A stretch of DNA of 64,000 nt, from NCBI RefSeq assembly GCF_030013595.1, contig NZ_CP122768.1; one strand, given 5' to 3'. Positions 51,425 through 61,351 of the stretch are shown piece after piece. Below the pieces are notes generated by a model. The model was not told the origin of the DNA, ran no database searches, and was given only the letters and a program-made list of their open reading frames with translations. The DNA is from Escherichia coli. Lineage in GTDB: Bacteria; Pseudomonadota; Gammaproteobacteria; Enterobacterales; Enterobacteriaceae. The first letter of the stretch is position 1. Each line of letters opens with the position of its first letter. The translations under genes and the position numbers were made by a program.

Positions 51425-52595
51425 AAATAAAATTTACGCAGTACTGACAGACCGGGGGGCACAACTTGAGGCCGCGGCATTAGCATCAGGTGTGCCGGTA
51501 GTACTGAATAAATTCGTTATTGGTGACGCGAACGGAAACGACGACGTAACACCGGACCCGTCACGAACAGTATTAATTCACGAAACGTATCGCGGAGATA
51601 TTAAATCGTCAGAAAATAGCGGCAATCAGGTTATTTTTACACTGTACGTACCACCGGAAACCGGCGGTTATACTATTCGAGAGGTTGGAATATTAACAGA
51701 TAAAGGCGAGCTGTACTCTGTAGCACGCTCGCCGGATATTTTAAAACCCACGGACAGCAACGGCGCGCTGATTTCAATCACATATAAATACACTCTCGCG
51801 GTGTCCAGCGCGTCTACTGTTAACGTTGTCATTGATAACAGTAGTGGAATGAGCCAAGCAGATGCAGATAAGCGTTATTTGCAGATAAGCAAAAATTTAT
51901 CTGAAATTAAAGATAAGGGCGCGGCGGCGCAACAAGCTGGGCGAGAAAATCTCGGCGTTAACTTAAATAACTATTATAAAAAAGAAGAGATAGATAATAA
52001 ATTTTCAGAAGTGGATAATGAGTTAAATAATATAAACCCAGTCATGACGGTTAACCATTTACAGCCTGATTCTGACGGCAATGTTAATGTGGATTCGGGA
52101 TACGCAAAACTGGGCGGCGACGGGGCATTTAATTTAGTTGCTCTGTTTCCGCAGCAATCTGAACCTGACGCGACAAATAAAACCATGCCTGGTTACCGGC
52201 TTTCTTCTGTGATATTTAAAGCGAATCCCAGCCTTGAAATTTTGGCTCATGGATATTTATTTGGATTGTGGGAATTAATTGCCATTCCGTTAGTGACAGT
52301 ATCTAGCGGATACGAACTGAATGGCGGTGTTTCTGGTGCTGTAATGGCTCGGCGAATTCCTGTTGGCAATATAAACAAATTCAGCAATATAAAAAAACCT
52401 CATTATCCTCAGGGCCGTGGCGTGGTGGGAACGTATGAAACTGCCTACATAAACATTGAATGCGATATTGAGGGAGTTGGAACCGGACTAATATTCACGA
52501 CAAATAATAATGATGTTGAGGAATACGGTCGTCAATTATATCAAAACGCAATAAACGGTATGTACGGCACAGTAACAAACGGTTATCAAAGTTGA
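51417..52595 (+). CDS. Tail fiber protein (P2 gpH-like N-terminal domain)
   Basis: 392 aa; N-terminus (...VIGDANGNDD...TVLIHETYRGDI...VPPETGGYTIREVGILTDKGELYSVA) follows the P2 H N-terminal pattern. Confidence 0.6.
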   Translation: MAENKIYAVLTDRGAQLEAAALASGVPVVLNKFVIGDANGNDDVTPDPSRTVLIHETYRGDIKSSENSGNQVIFTLYVPPETGGYTIREVGILTDKGELYSVARSPDILKPTDSNGALISITYKYTLAVSSASTVNVVIDNSSGMSQADADKRYLQISKNLSEIKDKGAAAQQAGRENLGVNLNNYYKKEEIDNKFSEVDNELNNINPVMTVNHLQPDSDGNVNVDSGYAKLGGDGAFNLVALFPQQSEPDATNKTMPGYRLSSVIFKANPSLEILAHGYLFGLWELIAIPLVTVSSGYELNGGVSGAVMARRIPVGNINKFSNIKKPHYPQGRGVVGTYETAYINIECDIEGVGTGLIFTTNNNDVEEYGRQLYQNAINGMYGTVTNGYQS

Positions 52596-52607
52596 TGGAG
52601 GTAATAA

Positions 52608-54107
52608 ATGAGCACTAATTTTTTGCACGGCCCCCGCACGCTCGAATACGACGACGGAACAAAAGAGATCAGCACGGTCGATATTTCCGTTATCGGTATC
52701 GTCGGCACTGCCCCGGATGCGAGCGCCCCCACATGCGCATCACTACTATGGGGATCAGAACTCGCAGATAATCTTGTTCAGTTTTCCACTGTCATGCCTG
52801 GGGCCGACGGAAACAACTGGATTGTCGAAATCGTCAATCTCGGTATTAACGGGAATGTAGCAACTCCAGGATACAGCACACTGCCCGACGGTTCGAGAAA
52901 ATTAACAATGATCACGGACGGTGCCATGACTCCGTCAAAAATGTACGATCAGAACCAGCAGTATAAAGAAGGACTCCAGATTGGAGAATATATTAACGTC
53001 ACATTCGGTGGTGATCACGCAGGAACGGGGACTGTATTCGCGCTCCCCCCAACAAATTTATCCGGTGGTAAAGACGAATCGTTCAAATATAATGTTCCGA
53101 CGTTAATTGCAGGCAGTCAAAAAAAAGCTGGATTGCTCGGTGGGTCTGGCACCCTTCCTCCCGCTGTATCTGAAATCCTAAATCAGGATGACGCTATTAT
53201 TGTTGTTGTCCGCGTTGAAGAAGACAGTGACGAAACAAAAATGAGGCAGAACGTCGTTAACGGGATTAACGCATTGTTGACGTCTGCACAAATAAATCAA
53301 GTGACTCCGAGAATTTTAATTGCTCCAGATTATAGTGCTAACGATTATATCGCTGAACAACTTGAAGTGGTGACAAATAAATTACGAGGTGTTGGGTATA
53401 TCGATTCACCGCGAGGCGCTACGCCTGCTGACGTTGTGAATCGTCGTCAGAGATATGGCGCCAGGATGGAAATTTTACGCCCTCGCGTTTATTCTACGAG
53501 TGATGTCAGTGGGTTATCTCGTCCGTATTCAGCTATCGCTGCTGGTTTGCGAGCCAGAATTGATAATGAAAAAGGATTCTGGTGGAGTAAATCGAACCAG
53601 AATATCTACGGAGTTACAGGGCTTGAACAAGTCGACGATTTTATTATTGGTGAGACAAACTGCACAGCGAACCTGTTGAACGCCAGTCAGGTCAGCACAA
53701 TTATTCGCTATGACGGGTTCCGGCACTGGGGTAACTATCTGTGTAGCCTCAGTCCCCAATGGTCCTTTGAATGCGTTCGTCGAACAGCTGACGTAATTGA
53801 GGATTCTATAGCCCGGGCAATGATGACCGATTTTATTGATCGTCCGATAGATCTGCACCTCGGAACAGACGTTGTCGAGTCGATAAACGCATATCTGCAC
53901 AAATTAGAGGAGCAGGGCGCGATTAACGGAGGGCGTGCGTGGTTAGACGGTGAGCTGAATACAAAAGAAAGTCTGGCCGCTGGTAATCTTTATATTAATG
54001 TTGATTTTGGTCCGAAATCTCCGGCACAAACAATTACGTTAATGTACCGCATTAATAATGACTATACAGTTGAAGCACTGGCCTCACTTTTTAAAGAAAC
54101 AGCCTGA
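52608..54107 (+). CDS. Contractile tail sheath protein
   Basis: 499-aa ORF followed by tube gene; myovirus sheath position. Confidence 0.75.
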   Translation: MSTNFLHGPRTLEYDDGTKEISTVDISVIGIVGTAPDASAPTCASLLWGSELADNLVQFSTVMPGADGNNWIVEIVNLGINGNVATPGYSTLPDGSRKLTMITDGAMTPSKMYDQNQQYKEGLQIGEYINVTFGGDHAGTGTVFALPPTNLSGGKDESFKYNVPTLIAGSQKKAGLLGGSGTLPPAVSEILNQDDAIIVVVRVEEDSDETKMRQNVVNGINALLTSAQINQVTPRILIAPDYSANDYIAEQLEVVTNKLRGVGYIDSPRGATPADVVNRRQRYGARMEILRPRVYSTSDVSGLSRPYSAIAAGLRARIDNEKGFWWSKSNQNIYGVTGLEQVDDFIIGETNCTANLLNASQVSTIIRYDGFRHWGNYLCSLSPQWSFECVRRTADVIEDSIARAMMTDFIDRPIDLHLGTDVVESINAYLHKLEEQGAINGGRAWLDGELNTKESLAAGNLYINVDFGPKSPAQTITLMYRINNDYTVEALASLFKETA

Positions 54108-54124
54108 TAATTCGGAGAGTAAAT

Positions 54125-54637
54125 ATGTCAGATAGCAACGCTTACCGCGCGTTTGCGCTATTCGTGCAAGGTGAACGGGTTTTAAATTGTACTGAATATA
54201 CTCCTGTTGATATGAAAATAATCGAGGACGAGTTTAAAACAGGCGCGATGGATACAGCCATAACACTGGATGGGGGGATGGAGAAAATGTCAGCCAGTTT
54301 TAAAGTTTCTGGTTCTGATTCTGGTGTTATGAGCTATTTCGGGTTAATACCGGGAGTCAAGACGCGGTTTGAAATTCGTAGTGCGTACACAGACTCCTAT
54401 GGAATAAATTTTGAGCGTATTGATACCTACGAGGGACTTATTACGGCAATCACTGATGACGCTCAGGGGACTGATTCAAAATCGTCAGTGGGGCAATCAG
54501 TAACGATTGCTCCGAGCTATTATAAACGAGTTCAAAATGGACGAATTATTTACGAAATTCATCCTGCAAAAATGAAGCGTGTTATCAACGGTGTTGATGT
54601 TCTTGCAGGCGTCGCTCGAATCCTTCATGTATATTAA
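54125..54637 (+). CDS. Tail tube protein
   Basis: 170-aa ORF directly after sheath. Confidence 0.7.
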   Translation: MSDSNAYRAFALFVQGERVLNCTEYTPVDMKIIEDEFKTGAMDTAITLDGGMEKMSASFKVSGSDSGVMSYFGLIPGVKTRFEIRSAYTDSYGINFERIDTYEGLITAITDDAQGTDSKSSVGQSVTIAPSYYKRVQNGRIIYEIHPAKMKRVINGVDVLAGVARILHVY

Positions 54638-54649
54638 AAGGTAAGTAAA

Positions 54650-54931
54650 ATGGAATCCTTATTAGACAGTATGACTATTACGCTCTCTCGCCCGTTTATT
54701 ATTAAGGGCGAGAGTTGCGATACAATTACTATTCGCGAACCAAAATTACGCGACCGCATTATGTTCAGTAACGATAAAAGTGGTCTTGAAGAGCGGACAG
54801 CGACAATGCTGGCGCGCCTGGCAAATCTGGAGCGAGATGATTTATATGCACTGCCTGCGTGCGATTACGATCAAATGGAGGCCGCGTTTAACGAACTGGT
54901 AAAGCCCCCGAAAGGCCGACGTCAGATATAG
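54650..54931 (+). CDS. Tail assembly chaperone-like protein
   Basis: 93-aa ORF between tube and tape measure. Confidence 0.4.
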   Translation: MESLLDSMTITLSRPFIIKGESCDTITIREPKLRDRIMFSNDKSGLEERTATMLARLANLERDDLYALPACDYDQMEAAFNELVKPPKGRRQI

Positions 54932-55039
54932 TTATTCTGATTCCGTTTATTGCGAAAAAACTTGCCATCCCGCCCGATACGCAAATGGACCTGCCGTATC
55001 GGGTTTTTAATTTCTATGTAAACGAGGTCATGAAAACCG

Positions 55040-56680
55040 ATGGCTATTTCTCAAAACTTTAAAACTCAGGTTGTATTCGGGGGGCGAATAGACCCGTCGT
55101 TTCGGCGTGGTACAACAGAACTCAACGATGCAATTCGGCAGACGTCGTCTACTGTCGGAAAATTAACGAAAAGCCAGGATAAATTAAAAGACAAAATCGC
55201 AGCAATGAAACTGGCGGGTAAAGACGTTTCTGATTTATCTGCTCAGTATCAAAAGCTGGACCGTCGGATAAAAGCGACAACACAGGACCAGGAAGCTCTG
55301 AATACTCAGCTCGCTAAAAAACAGCGGCTGGAGAAATGGACGGGGCGCGCAAAAGGGGCTGCAAAATGGGGAGGGCGAGCGGCTGCAAGAACGATAAAGG
55401 CAACAGGAAAAGGCATCAAATGGGGGACGCTTGGCGCGGCGGGGCTCATTGGCGGTGCAGCTGCTGGTGCGCTGGCAATGAATGCAGAGACGTCAGAAAA
55501 ACTCGGTCTGGCGAAGTCCTACGGCGTTGGCGTCGAAAAATACGCCGCGTGGGACAATATCGGTAAAGCAGCCGGGCTTAACGGCGAAAATATCGGGGAT
55601 TTGTCAGAAGAACTTACAAATAAAATCGGCGAAATCGGAAACGAAAAAAACCTGAATCCCATGTTGTTTCAAATCGGCCTGACGAAAAAACGAATGGCTA
55701 GCTGGGATCGGGAAAAACAGTTTAATGAGGTTATGCGTCGCATCTCTGAAATGAAAGATGAGAAGCAAGCGGCGAGTCTTGCTGACCAGCTCATGGGGGG
55801 CGAAGCTAATAAAATCATGACGTATATGAAGGCCACTGGTAAAAGTTGGGAACAGACAATGGCCGACGCGCAAAAATCGAATCTGTTAACAAAAGAGGGT
55901 GCGGAAGGAGCGGCGCGTGCGCATGTATCAGTGACAAATCTGTGGGGCTCTATTACGTCGGGGCTTGCAGATACACTCGGTAAAATCGGGGGGGAACTCG
56001 CGCCGACGTTTGACTCAGTACGCGAAACATTTACAGCATGGTTTAAGGACAATCAGGGCGGATTTGTCAGCACAATTACTGAGTGGGTAAAGCCCGAAAG
56101 CATGAAAAAAATGTGGGAGGGGATAGTCAGTTTTGGCGAAGCTTGCGTTAAATTCGGAAAAATAATTTGGGCAGTAGCAAAAAAACTTGAGTGGTTAATT
56201 CCGGACGAGAAAACAGACGAGGAACAGCGCGTATATAACGAAGAATATAATAAGGCGTATCAGGAATTCATGGATAGTGGTGGTAAATATTCACCGAATC
56301 CCGGACAGGCAGCAGATAATGTAGCAAAAGCAAAAGCCGACGAAGCCGTAGATAATATGCGACACCCTGAACGTCTTGCTCGTGCAAAATCACAGGCTGA
56401 ATCAATGCTCTCATTTGCTAACCCGTTTACTGGATTAATAAATAAAAACTCAACGCCTGAATCACAAAACTCAGCAACGTTGAATATTGACGCGCTGAGA
56501 CAGGCAGTCGCAACTCCTGCTCCAGAGCAAAACAATAAAATTGAAATCAATATTGTCGGAGCAACTGATCCGCAATCAATACAGCAATCTGCAGCATCGG
56601 GGGTGCTCGATGGGTTGAGACAAGTTGCGAGTTCGTACAATCGTGGCGCGATGTTTGATAAACCAGCTCCGGCGGGGTGA
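55040..56680 (+). CDS. Tail tape measure protein
   Basis: 546 aa, Ala/Gly/Lys-rich with coiled-coil-like repeats; position before U-X-D. Confidence 0.65.
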   Translation: MAISQNFKTQVVFGGRIDPSFRRGTTELNDAIRQTSSTVGKLTKSQDKLKDKIAAMKLAGKDVSDLSAQYQKLDRRIKATTQDQEALNTQLAKKQRLEKWTGRAKGAAKWGGRAAARTIKATGKGIKWGTLGAAGLIGGAAAGALAMNAETSEKLGLAKSYGVGVEKYAAWDNIGKAAGLNGENIGDLSEELTNKIGEIGNEKNLNPMLFQIGLTKKRMASWDREKQFNEVMRRISEMKDEKQAASLADQLMGGEANKIMTYMKATGKSWEQTMADAQKSNLLTKEGAEGAARAHVSVTNLWGSITSGLADTLGKIGGELAPTFDSVRETFTAWFKDNQGGFVSTITEWVKPESMKKMWEGIVSFGEACVKFGKIIWAVAKKLEWLIPDEKTDEEQRVYNEEYNKAYQEFMDSGGKYSPNPGQAADNVAKAKADEAVDNMRHPERLARAKSQAESMLSFANPFTGLINKNSTPESQNSATLNIDALRQAVATPAPEQNNKIEINIVGATDPQSIQQSAASGVLDGLRQVASSYNRGAMFDKPAPAG

Positions 56681-57105
56681 CAATGAGTGATGCAATAAAC
56701 GGTGCTGAAGACATCATGCTCGGCTTGGGTGATTTCATTTTTGCTATATCAACAGTAGCGTACAACAAACTGCAACGTAGTGACGCCTGGCGCTGGGCTC
56801 AGCAAACACGATTCGGGAAAAACGACGCGTTGCAGATAACTGGACGACCGAACCCCACTATCACGATTGATGGAAAAATAAACGCGTTATTTCTTGACGG
56901 GTGCGGCGTTGGCCTGTTGACGGATTTGCGGGCATTGGGAAACACGGGAGAACCCCAGCAGCTAGTGCTGGGGACTGGGGAAGTGAAGGGGTACTGGGTG
57001 CTGCGGGAACTAACTGAAACGCAAAACAGCTTTTTGATGGGCGGAACCCCAAAATCGCAGGACTTTTCACTCACGCTCGAATATTATGGAGTTTCGCTAG
57101 ATTAA
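56677..57105 (+). CDS. Tail protein (P2 gpU-like)
   Basis: 142-aa ORF overlapping tape-measure stop. Confidence 0.5.
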   Translation: MTMSDAINGAEDIMLGLGDFIFAISTVAYNKLQRSDAWRWAQQTRFGKNDALQITGRPNPTITIDGKINALFLDGCGVGLLTDLRALGNTGEPQQLVLGTGEVKGYWVLRELTETQNSFLMGGTPKSQDFSLTLEYYGVSLD

Positions 57106-57262
57106 TACAAAATCAAGCGCTACCAGAGCACTTAACAAGTATAAAAATAAAAAAAACTACGAACATAAATGTAAAACAACCTGATGGTATTTTTTTGACG
57201 CCGAAATACTAATACCTCTCCGACTACTAAAATTAATTCTCATTATGAAATCCTTTTAATTA

Positions 57263-57487
57263 ATGGGGCCCCAAATGATTACATACACTACACGGGACGG
57301 TGACCGTCTCGATCAGATCTGCCTTGCTGTCTACGGGAGAACAGCAAAAACGACAGAAACCGTGTTATATCAGGTTTTAAATTACGGCGTAACGGATATG
57401 TGTGCCGTGTTTCGTGCAGGAGAAAAAATTGTTTTACCAGAAATCGACCCCGAACCGGTTAAAAAAGAAACGCAATTATGGGATTGA
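57263..57487 (+). CDS. Tail protein X-like
   Basis: 74-aa ORF between U and D. Confidence 0.5.
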   Translation: MGPQMITYTTRDGDRLDQICLAVYGRTAKTTETVLYQVLNYGVTDMCAVFRAGEKIVLPEIDPEPVKKETQLWD

Positions 57488-57490
57488 TGA

Positions 57491-58534
57491 ATGAGTGATT
57501 ACGTAAATACTGGCGTGGAAGCATGGAAGCCCAATTTTTATATATCTGCTGATAATGAAAACATCACGGATAAAATAAGAAAAGGTTTGATCAATATCAC
57601 GCTCACAGATTATGGTGGTTCGAGTAAACAGACAGACGAATTACGCGTAGCAATCGTTTCTGAAACTCTGAAAATTCCGGCCCGCGGAGTAAAAATCAGT
57701 ATTGGGCTCGGTTTCGGTAATCAGATAATTGATAAGGGTGTATACATCGTTGATGGTGCGAGCAGTGGCGGTGAACCCCGGGTAGTTGATTTCACAGCAA
57801 AAGCAGCGCCGATGAACGCATCAAAAGGCTCTCCGACAGTTCAGAGCAAAAAAACTCGCTCCTGGAGCGACGTCACTGTCAGCAATATCGTTGCAACAAT
57901 AGCGAGCGATAACGGGCTAAAACCACGCGTATCAAAGCGGTTTGCAGACAATATTATCACGCAACTCGATCAAGTCGGCGAGTCAGATATGCACCTGATG
58001 TCGAGACTAGCAACACGATTCGATGCGGTGAGTAAACCCGCGGGAGGGTACTGGATATTCCTGCCGCGCGGCGCGGGCGAATCTGTTAGCGGAGCGCCGC
58101 TTCAGCACTACACGCTCACGCGTCGTGATAACTCCAGCTGGGGTTATTCACGAAACGGACAAAGTGGCGATAGTGGTAGCGGTGGCGAAAATCCGGAACC
58201 GACGTATCTGATTAAATATCACGACACAGCAACTGGGCAGATCAAAGAATTGCGGACAGGTAGTGGCGGCGATCCTGTCATTGAATGGCCGACAGTTGAG
58301 CCGTCGCTCGACGCAGCGAAAGAAGCTGCACCAGGGCTCAAGGGCGGTGCAGCTAAAAAAGAGTTCTCTATGACGTACACGACGCCAGCGACGCTCGATT
58401 TAGTGTCGCTGACAGCAGAATGCAAAGTCACAACTCAAGGATTCGGGACCGAGGAGGACCGGGACTGGACTATCAACACGCTGAGCCTGACGCTTGCTGA
58501 AAACGGCTTTTCGGTTCGACTGTCACTGGAGTAA
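57491..58534 (+). CDS. Tail protein D-like (late control D)
   Basis: 347-aa ORF, end of the contractile-tail gene set. Confidence 0.65.
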   Translation: MSDYVNTGVEAWKPNFYISADNENITDKIRKGLINITLTDYGGSSKQTDELRVAIVSETLKIPARGVKISIGLGFGNQIIDKGVYIVDGASSGGEPRVVDFTAKAAPMNASKGSPTVQSKKTRSWSDVTVSNIVATIASDNGLKPRVSKRFADNIITQLDQVGESDMHLMSRLATRFDAVSKPAGGYWIFLPRGAGESVSGAPLQHYTLTRRDNSSWGYSRNGQSGDSGSGGENPEPTYLIKYHDTATGQIKELRTGSGGDPVIEWPTVEPSLDAAKEAAPGLKGGAAKKEFSMTYTTPATLDLVSLTAECKVTTQGFGTEEDRDWTINTLSLTLAENGFSVRLSLE

Positions 58535-58539
58535 ATGAA

Positions 58540-59487
58540 ATGGCAGTAATATCGGGTGTATACGCAAACGGGATCGGTGGGCCAGTTGTCGGCGTTCAGT
58601 TAGTATTAACAGCGCGGGTCACGAGTTCAGGCGTAGTAATGACCACCGTTGTAGAGCAAAAAACAGGCGCGGCGGGTGAGTACAAATTTGATATGAAGCC
58701 CGGCGTTTATGTCGTCACTGGTTGTGGCGCGTATCTGGGCGTGATTAATGTTAATCCGGACAGCCCAGACGGTACGCTAAACAACTATTTAACTAATTTT
58801 AGCGCAGACGAAATGACGCCGGCGGCGCTGACCGAGATCCAGGAACTGGTTAACGAGGCGAAGGCCGCGGCGGCTACTGCTCAGGATGCTGCTGCGCAGG
58901 CGATAACCGCAGTAGAAAAAATCGGCACGCCTGCGCCGTACATCCCGCCAGCGTGGGACGCCCCGGGGAGCACAATTTTTGGATATCTTTATATTGATAA
59001 AGGCACGTCATATCTACGGCCGGGGGAGATTGTTTCCGCGTCGTCAATTTACGTTGGCAACGTGACAATGATCGATAAGGGGAGCGGCCCGATGATCGGC
59101 ATGAGTCACACGCAGCAGCCCAGCGGTGGGAGTTGGCGTTTGCAAGGCAGCACAACACCAAATACAGACGCGAGTGTTAAATCAATGCGCAGCGCATTGA
59201 TTTTTCTCAGAATTGATAGCGACAGCCTGTTAACGCCCTCTCTGTTAAAAAGCGGTCGCGGCTCTGCGCGGGTGCGTAATTGCCGTTACGTAAACGCAGA
59301 GGGGACCTCGATTGATTGCGAGATTTTCACAGCAAACAGATGGATTCCGTTTACAGCGGCCGCTGATGACGTAACTGATTGGGGACGAAAAATTTTCAGC
59401 GACGCCCTAGCCGGTTTGTACGGTGTGATTGGCGTATTCGGCGCCCCCCTTTTTCCAGCTAATTGCAGTGAATCACCAGTAGTCTAG
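58540..59487 (+). CDS. Tail-fiber-related protein with Stf-like N-terminal domain
   Basis: N-terminus MAVISGVYANGIGGPVVGVQLVLTARVTSSGVV... resembles lambdoid side-tail-fiber N-termini; C-terminal part unrecognised. Confidence 0.4.
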   Translation: MAVISGVYANGIGGPVVGVQLVLTARVTSSGVVMTTVVEQKTGAAGEYKFDMKPGVYVVTGCGAYLGVINVNPDSPDGTLNNYLTNFSADEMTPAALTEIQELVNEAKAAAATAQDAAAQAITAVEKIGTPAPYIPPAWDAPGSTIFGYLYIDKGTSYLRPGEIVSASSIYVGNVTMIDKGSGPMIGMSHTQQPSGGSWRLQGSTTPNTDASVKSMRSALIFLRIDSDSLLTPSLLKSGRGSARVRNCRYVNAEGTSIDCEIFTANRWIPFTAAADDVTDWGRKIFSDALAGLYGVIGVFGAPLFPANCSESPVV

Positions 59488-59732
59488 CCCCCTGACCATC
59501 ATGGTGTAACAGGAGTTCGCTTGGCTGAAACGGATTCTCGGCGCGGTTATCTCTTGAGTAAATGAAACGGACTTGGGGAGGCTATAGAGAGCGCCAATTT
59601 AGTATTAACGACAGTCGACTGCAAACGGCACCTGCGTTATTTTTATGTGTAAGCCGAAGGACGAAGAGCCTCTGGTGCTGGACGTTGTTATCGTTAGATG
59701 CTGACAATTTTTAATATTGGGAGTTTTCAAAC

Positions 59733-60152
59733 ATGGTCGTTAAAAATGCTCTTGCCTGTGGGATTATGCTTGCTCTTGTCGGTTGTGCTACAAAACCTGT
59801 CTCAAATGAACAAGCCACACCTGTTCCTGAAAAACAAATAATCAGTACCGCGTTACTCGAAAAACGAGACGGTACGGGAGAGGTGATCATCAAGCGTGAC
59901 TCGGGGTTCTTTGGAAGCGCGTGCTTTTCCCGTGTTTATGTTGATGGTAAAGAGGTGGCAGATTTAGGTACAGCTCAGAAAGTCGTTGTATACCCAACGA
60001 TTGGAGATCATGTCTTCAGCGCGTGGCCTAAAGGGGTATGTGGCGGTGGCATGAGCGAACAGGCGGGCAAGGTGACAACAGAACGTACTTTGATGTATCG
60101 CATAGGGTATGGATCAAACGGTGAATATGGCATTCACCCAACTGCGTTTTAA
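59733..60152 (+). CDS. Prophage-end lipoprotein (moron)
   Basis: MVVKNALACGIMLALVGC lipobox; 139 aa; last gene before attR; hairpin at ~60172-60200. Confidence 0.5.
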   Translation: MVVKNALACGIMLALVGCATKPVSNEQATPVPEKQIISTALLEKRDGTGEVIIKRDSGFFGSACFSRVYVDGKEVADLGTAQKVVVYPTIGDHVFSAWPKGVCGGGMSEQAGKVTTERTLMYRIGYGSNGEYGIHPTAF

Positions 60153-60373
60153 TTTGTGTTGGGGTATGTGAGTTTTTCTCATACCCCTTTACCTCACTTT
60201 GCTCTTGACTGTTTGGTCACATCAAGGCGCAAAACATCACCATTTTTTGCCAAAAACCTTCAGAAGATGATGAGTAAGACGTGTCATAACTATATGATTA
60301 TTTGATATTCACACACACCATTATGTCCGGATAATTTACCATAATCATTTGAAATTATTGCACAAAACGAACA

Positions 60374-60499
60374 ATTTAAAATCCCTCGGCGTTCGCGCTG
60401 TGCGGGTTCAAGTCCCGCTCCGGGTACCATGGGAAAGATAAGAATAAAATCAAAGCAATAAGCAGTGTCGTGAAACCACCTTCGGGTGGTTTTTTTGTG
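60374..60499. repeat. Prophage attR: second copy of 126-bp repeat (includes 3' 56 nt of tRNA-Leu, 60374..60429)
   Basis: Identical to 14597..14722 except one base. Confidence 0.85.
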
Positions 60500-60624
60500 C
60501 CTGCAACTTGTCGTTACACCCTCCTTAATTTTTAATCACCGGCAAAGCCACTCAAAAAGTATCTCTGTTACGGACCGACATGTAAGATAGGTGCTGGCGA
60601 GTTGAGATCCACAAGGAAAAGCGT

Positions 60625-61290
60625 ATGAAAACGGGACCGTTAAACGAAAGTGAGTTGGAATGGCTGGACGATATTCTGACCAAATACAACACTGACCACG
60701 CCATTCTTGATGTGGCGGAGCTGGACGGTTTATTGACGGCGGTGTTGAGTTCTCCGCAAGAGATTGAACCGGCACAGTGGCTGGTTGCCGTGTGGGGTGG
60801 GGCTGACTATGTGCCACGCTGGGCGTCAGAGAAAGAGATGACGCGCTTTATGAACCTGGCTTTTCAGCATATGGCCGATACCGCAGAGCGTCTGAACGAA
60901 TTCCCGGAGCAGTTTGAGCCGTTATTCGGCTTGCGAGAAGTCGATGGCAGCGAGCTGACGATTGTTGAGGAGTGGTGCTTTGGCTATATGCGGGGCGTGG
61001 CACTTTCTGACTGGTCAACGTTACCCGATTCGTTAAAACCAGCGCTGGAGGCGATTGCGCTGCACGGTACTGAGGAAAACTTCGAGCGGGTAGAGAAGAT
61101 GTCGCCAGAAGCGTTTGAAGAGAGCGTAGATGCCATTCGACTGGCGGCGCTTGATCTACATGCGTACTGGATGGCGCATCCGCAGGAAAAAGCTGTTCAG
61201 CAACCGATCAAAGCAGAAGAGAAACCGGGGCGTAATGATCCTTGCCCGTGCGGTAGTGGTAAGAAATTTAAGCAGTGCTGCCTGCATTAA
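60625..61290 (+). CDS. yecA: UPF0149/SEC-C motif protein YecA
   Basis: 221 aa ending in [18 protein letters not shown] (SEC-C metal-binding motif); position next to leuZ. Confidence 0.85.
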   Translation: MKTGPLNESELEWLDDILTKYNTDHAILDVAELDGLLTAVLSSPQEIEPAQWLVAVWGGADYVPRWASEKEMTRFMNLAFQHMADTAERLNEFPEQFEPLFGLREVDGSELTIVEEWCFGYMRGVALSDWSTLPDSLKPALEAIALHGTEENFERVEKMSPEAFEESVDAIRLAALDLHAYWMAHPQEKAVQQPIKAEEKPGRNDPCPCGSGKKFKQCCLH

Positions 61291-61351
61291 GAGATCAAAT
61301 TGGGTGTCAGCGTTAATTCTGGCACCCAATAAGGAATTTGAGGCTATCTGA

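Noticed and set aside
54650-55040. Programmed frameshift (P2 E/E'-like) between tail chaperone and tape measure
   Set aside because: No recognisable slippery heptamer and no extended alternative frame found by eye; would need computational frame analysis.
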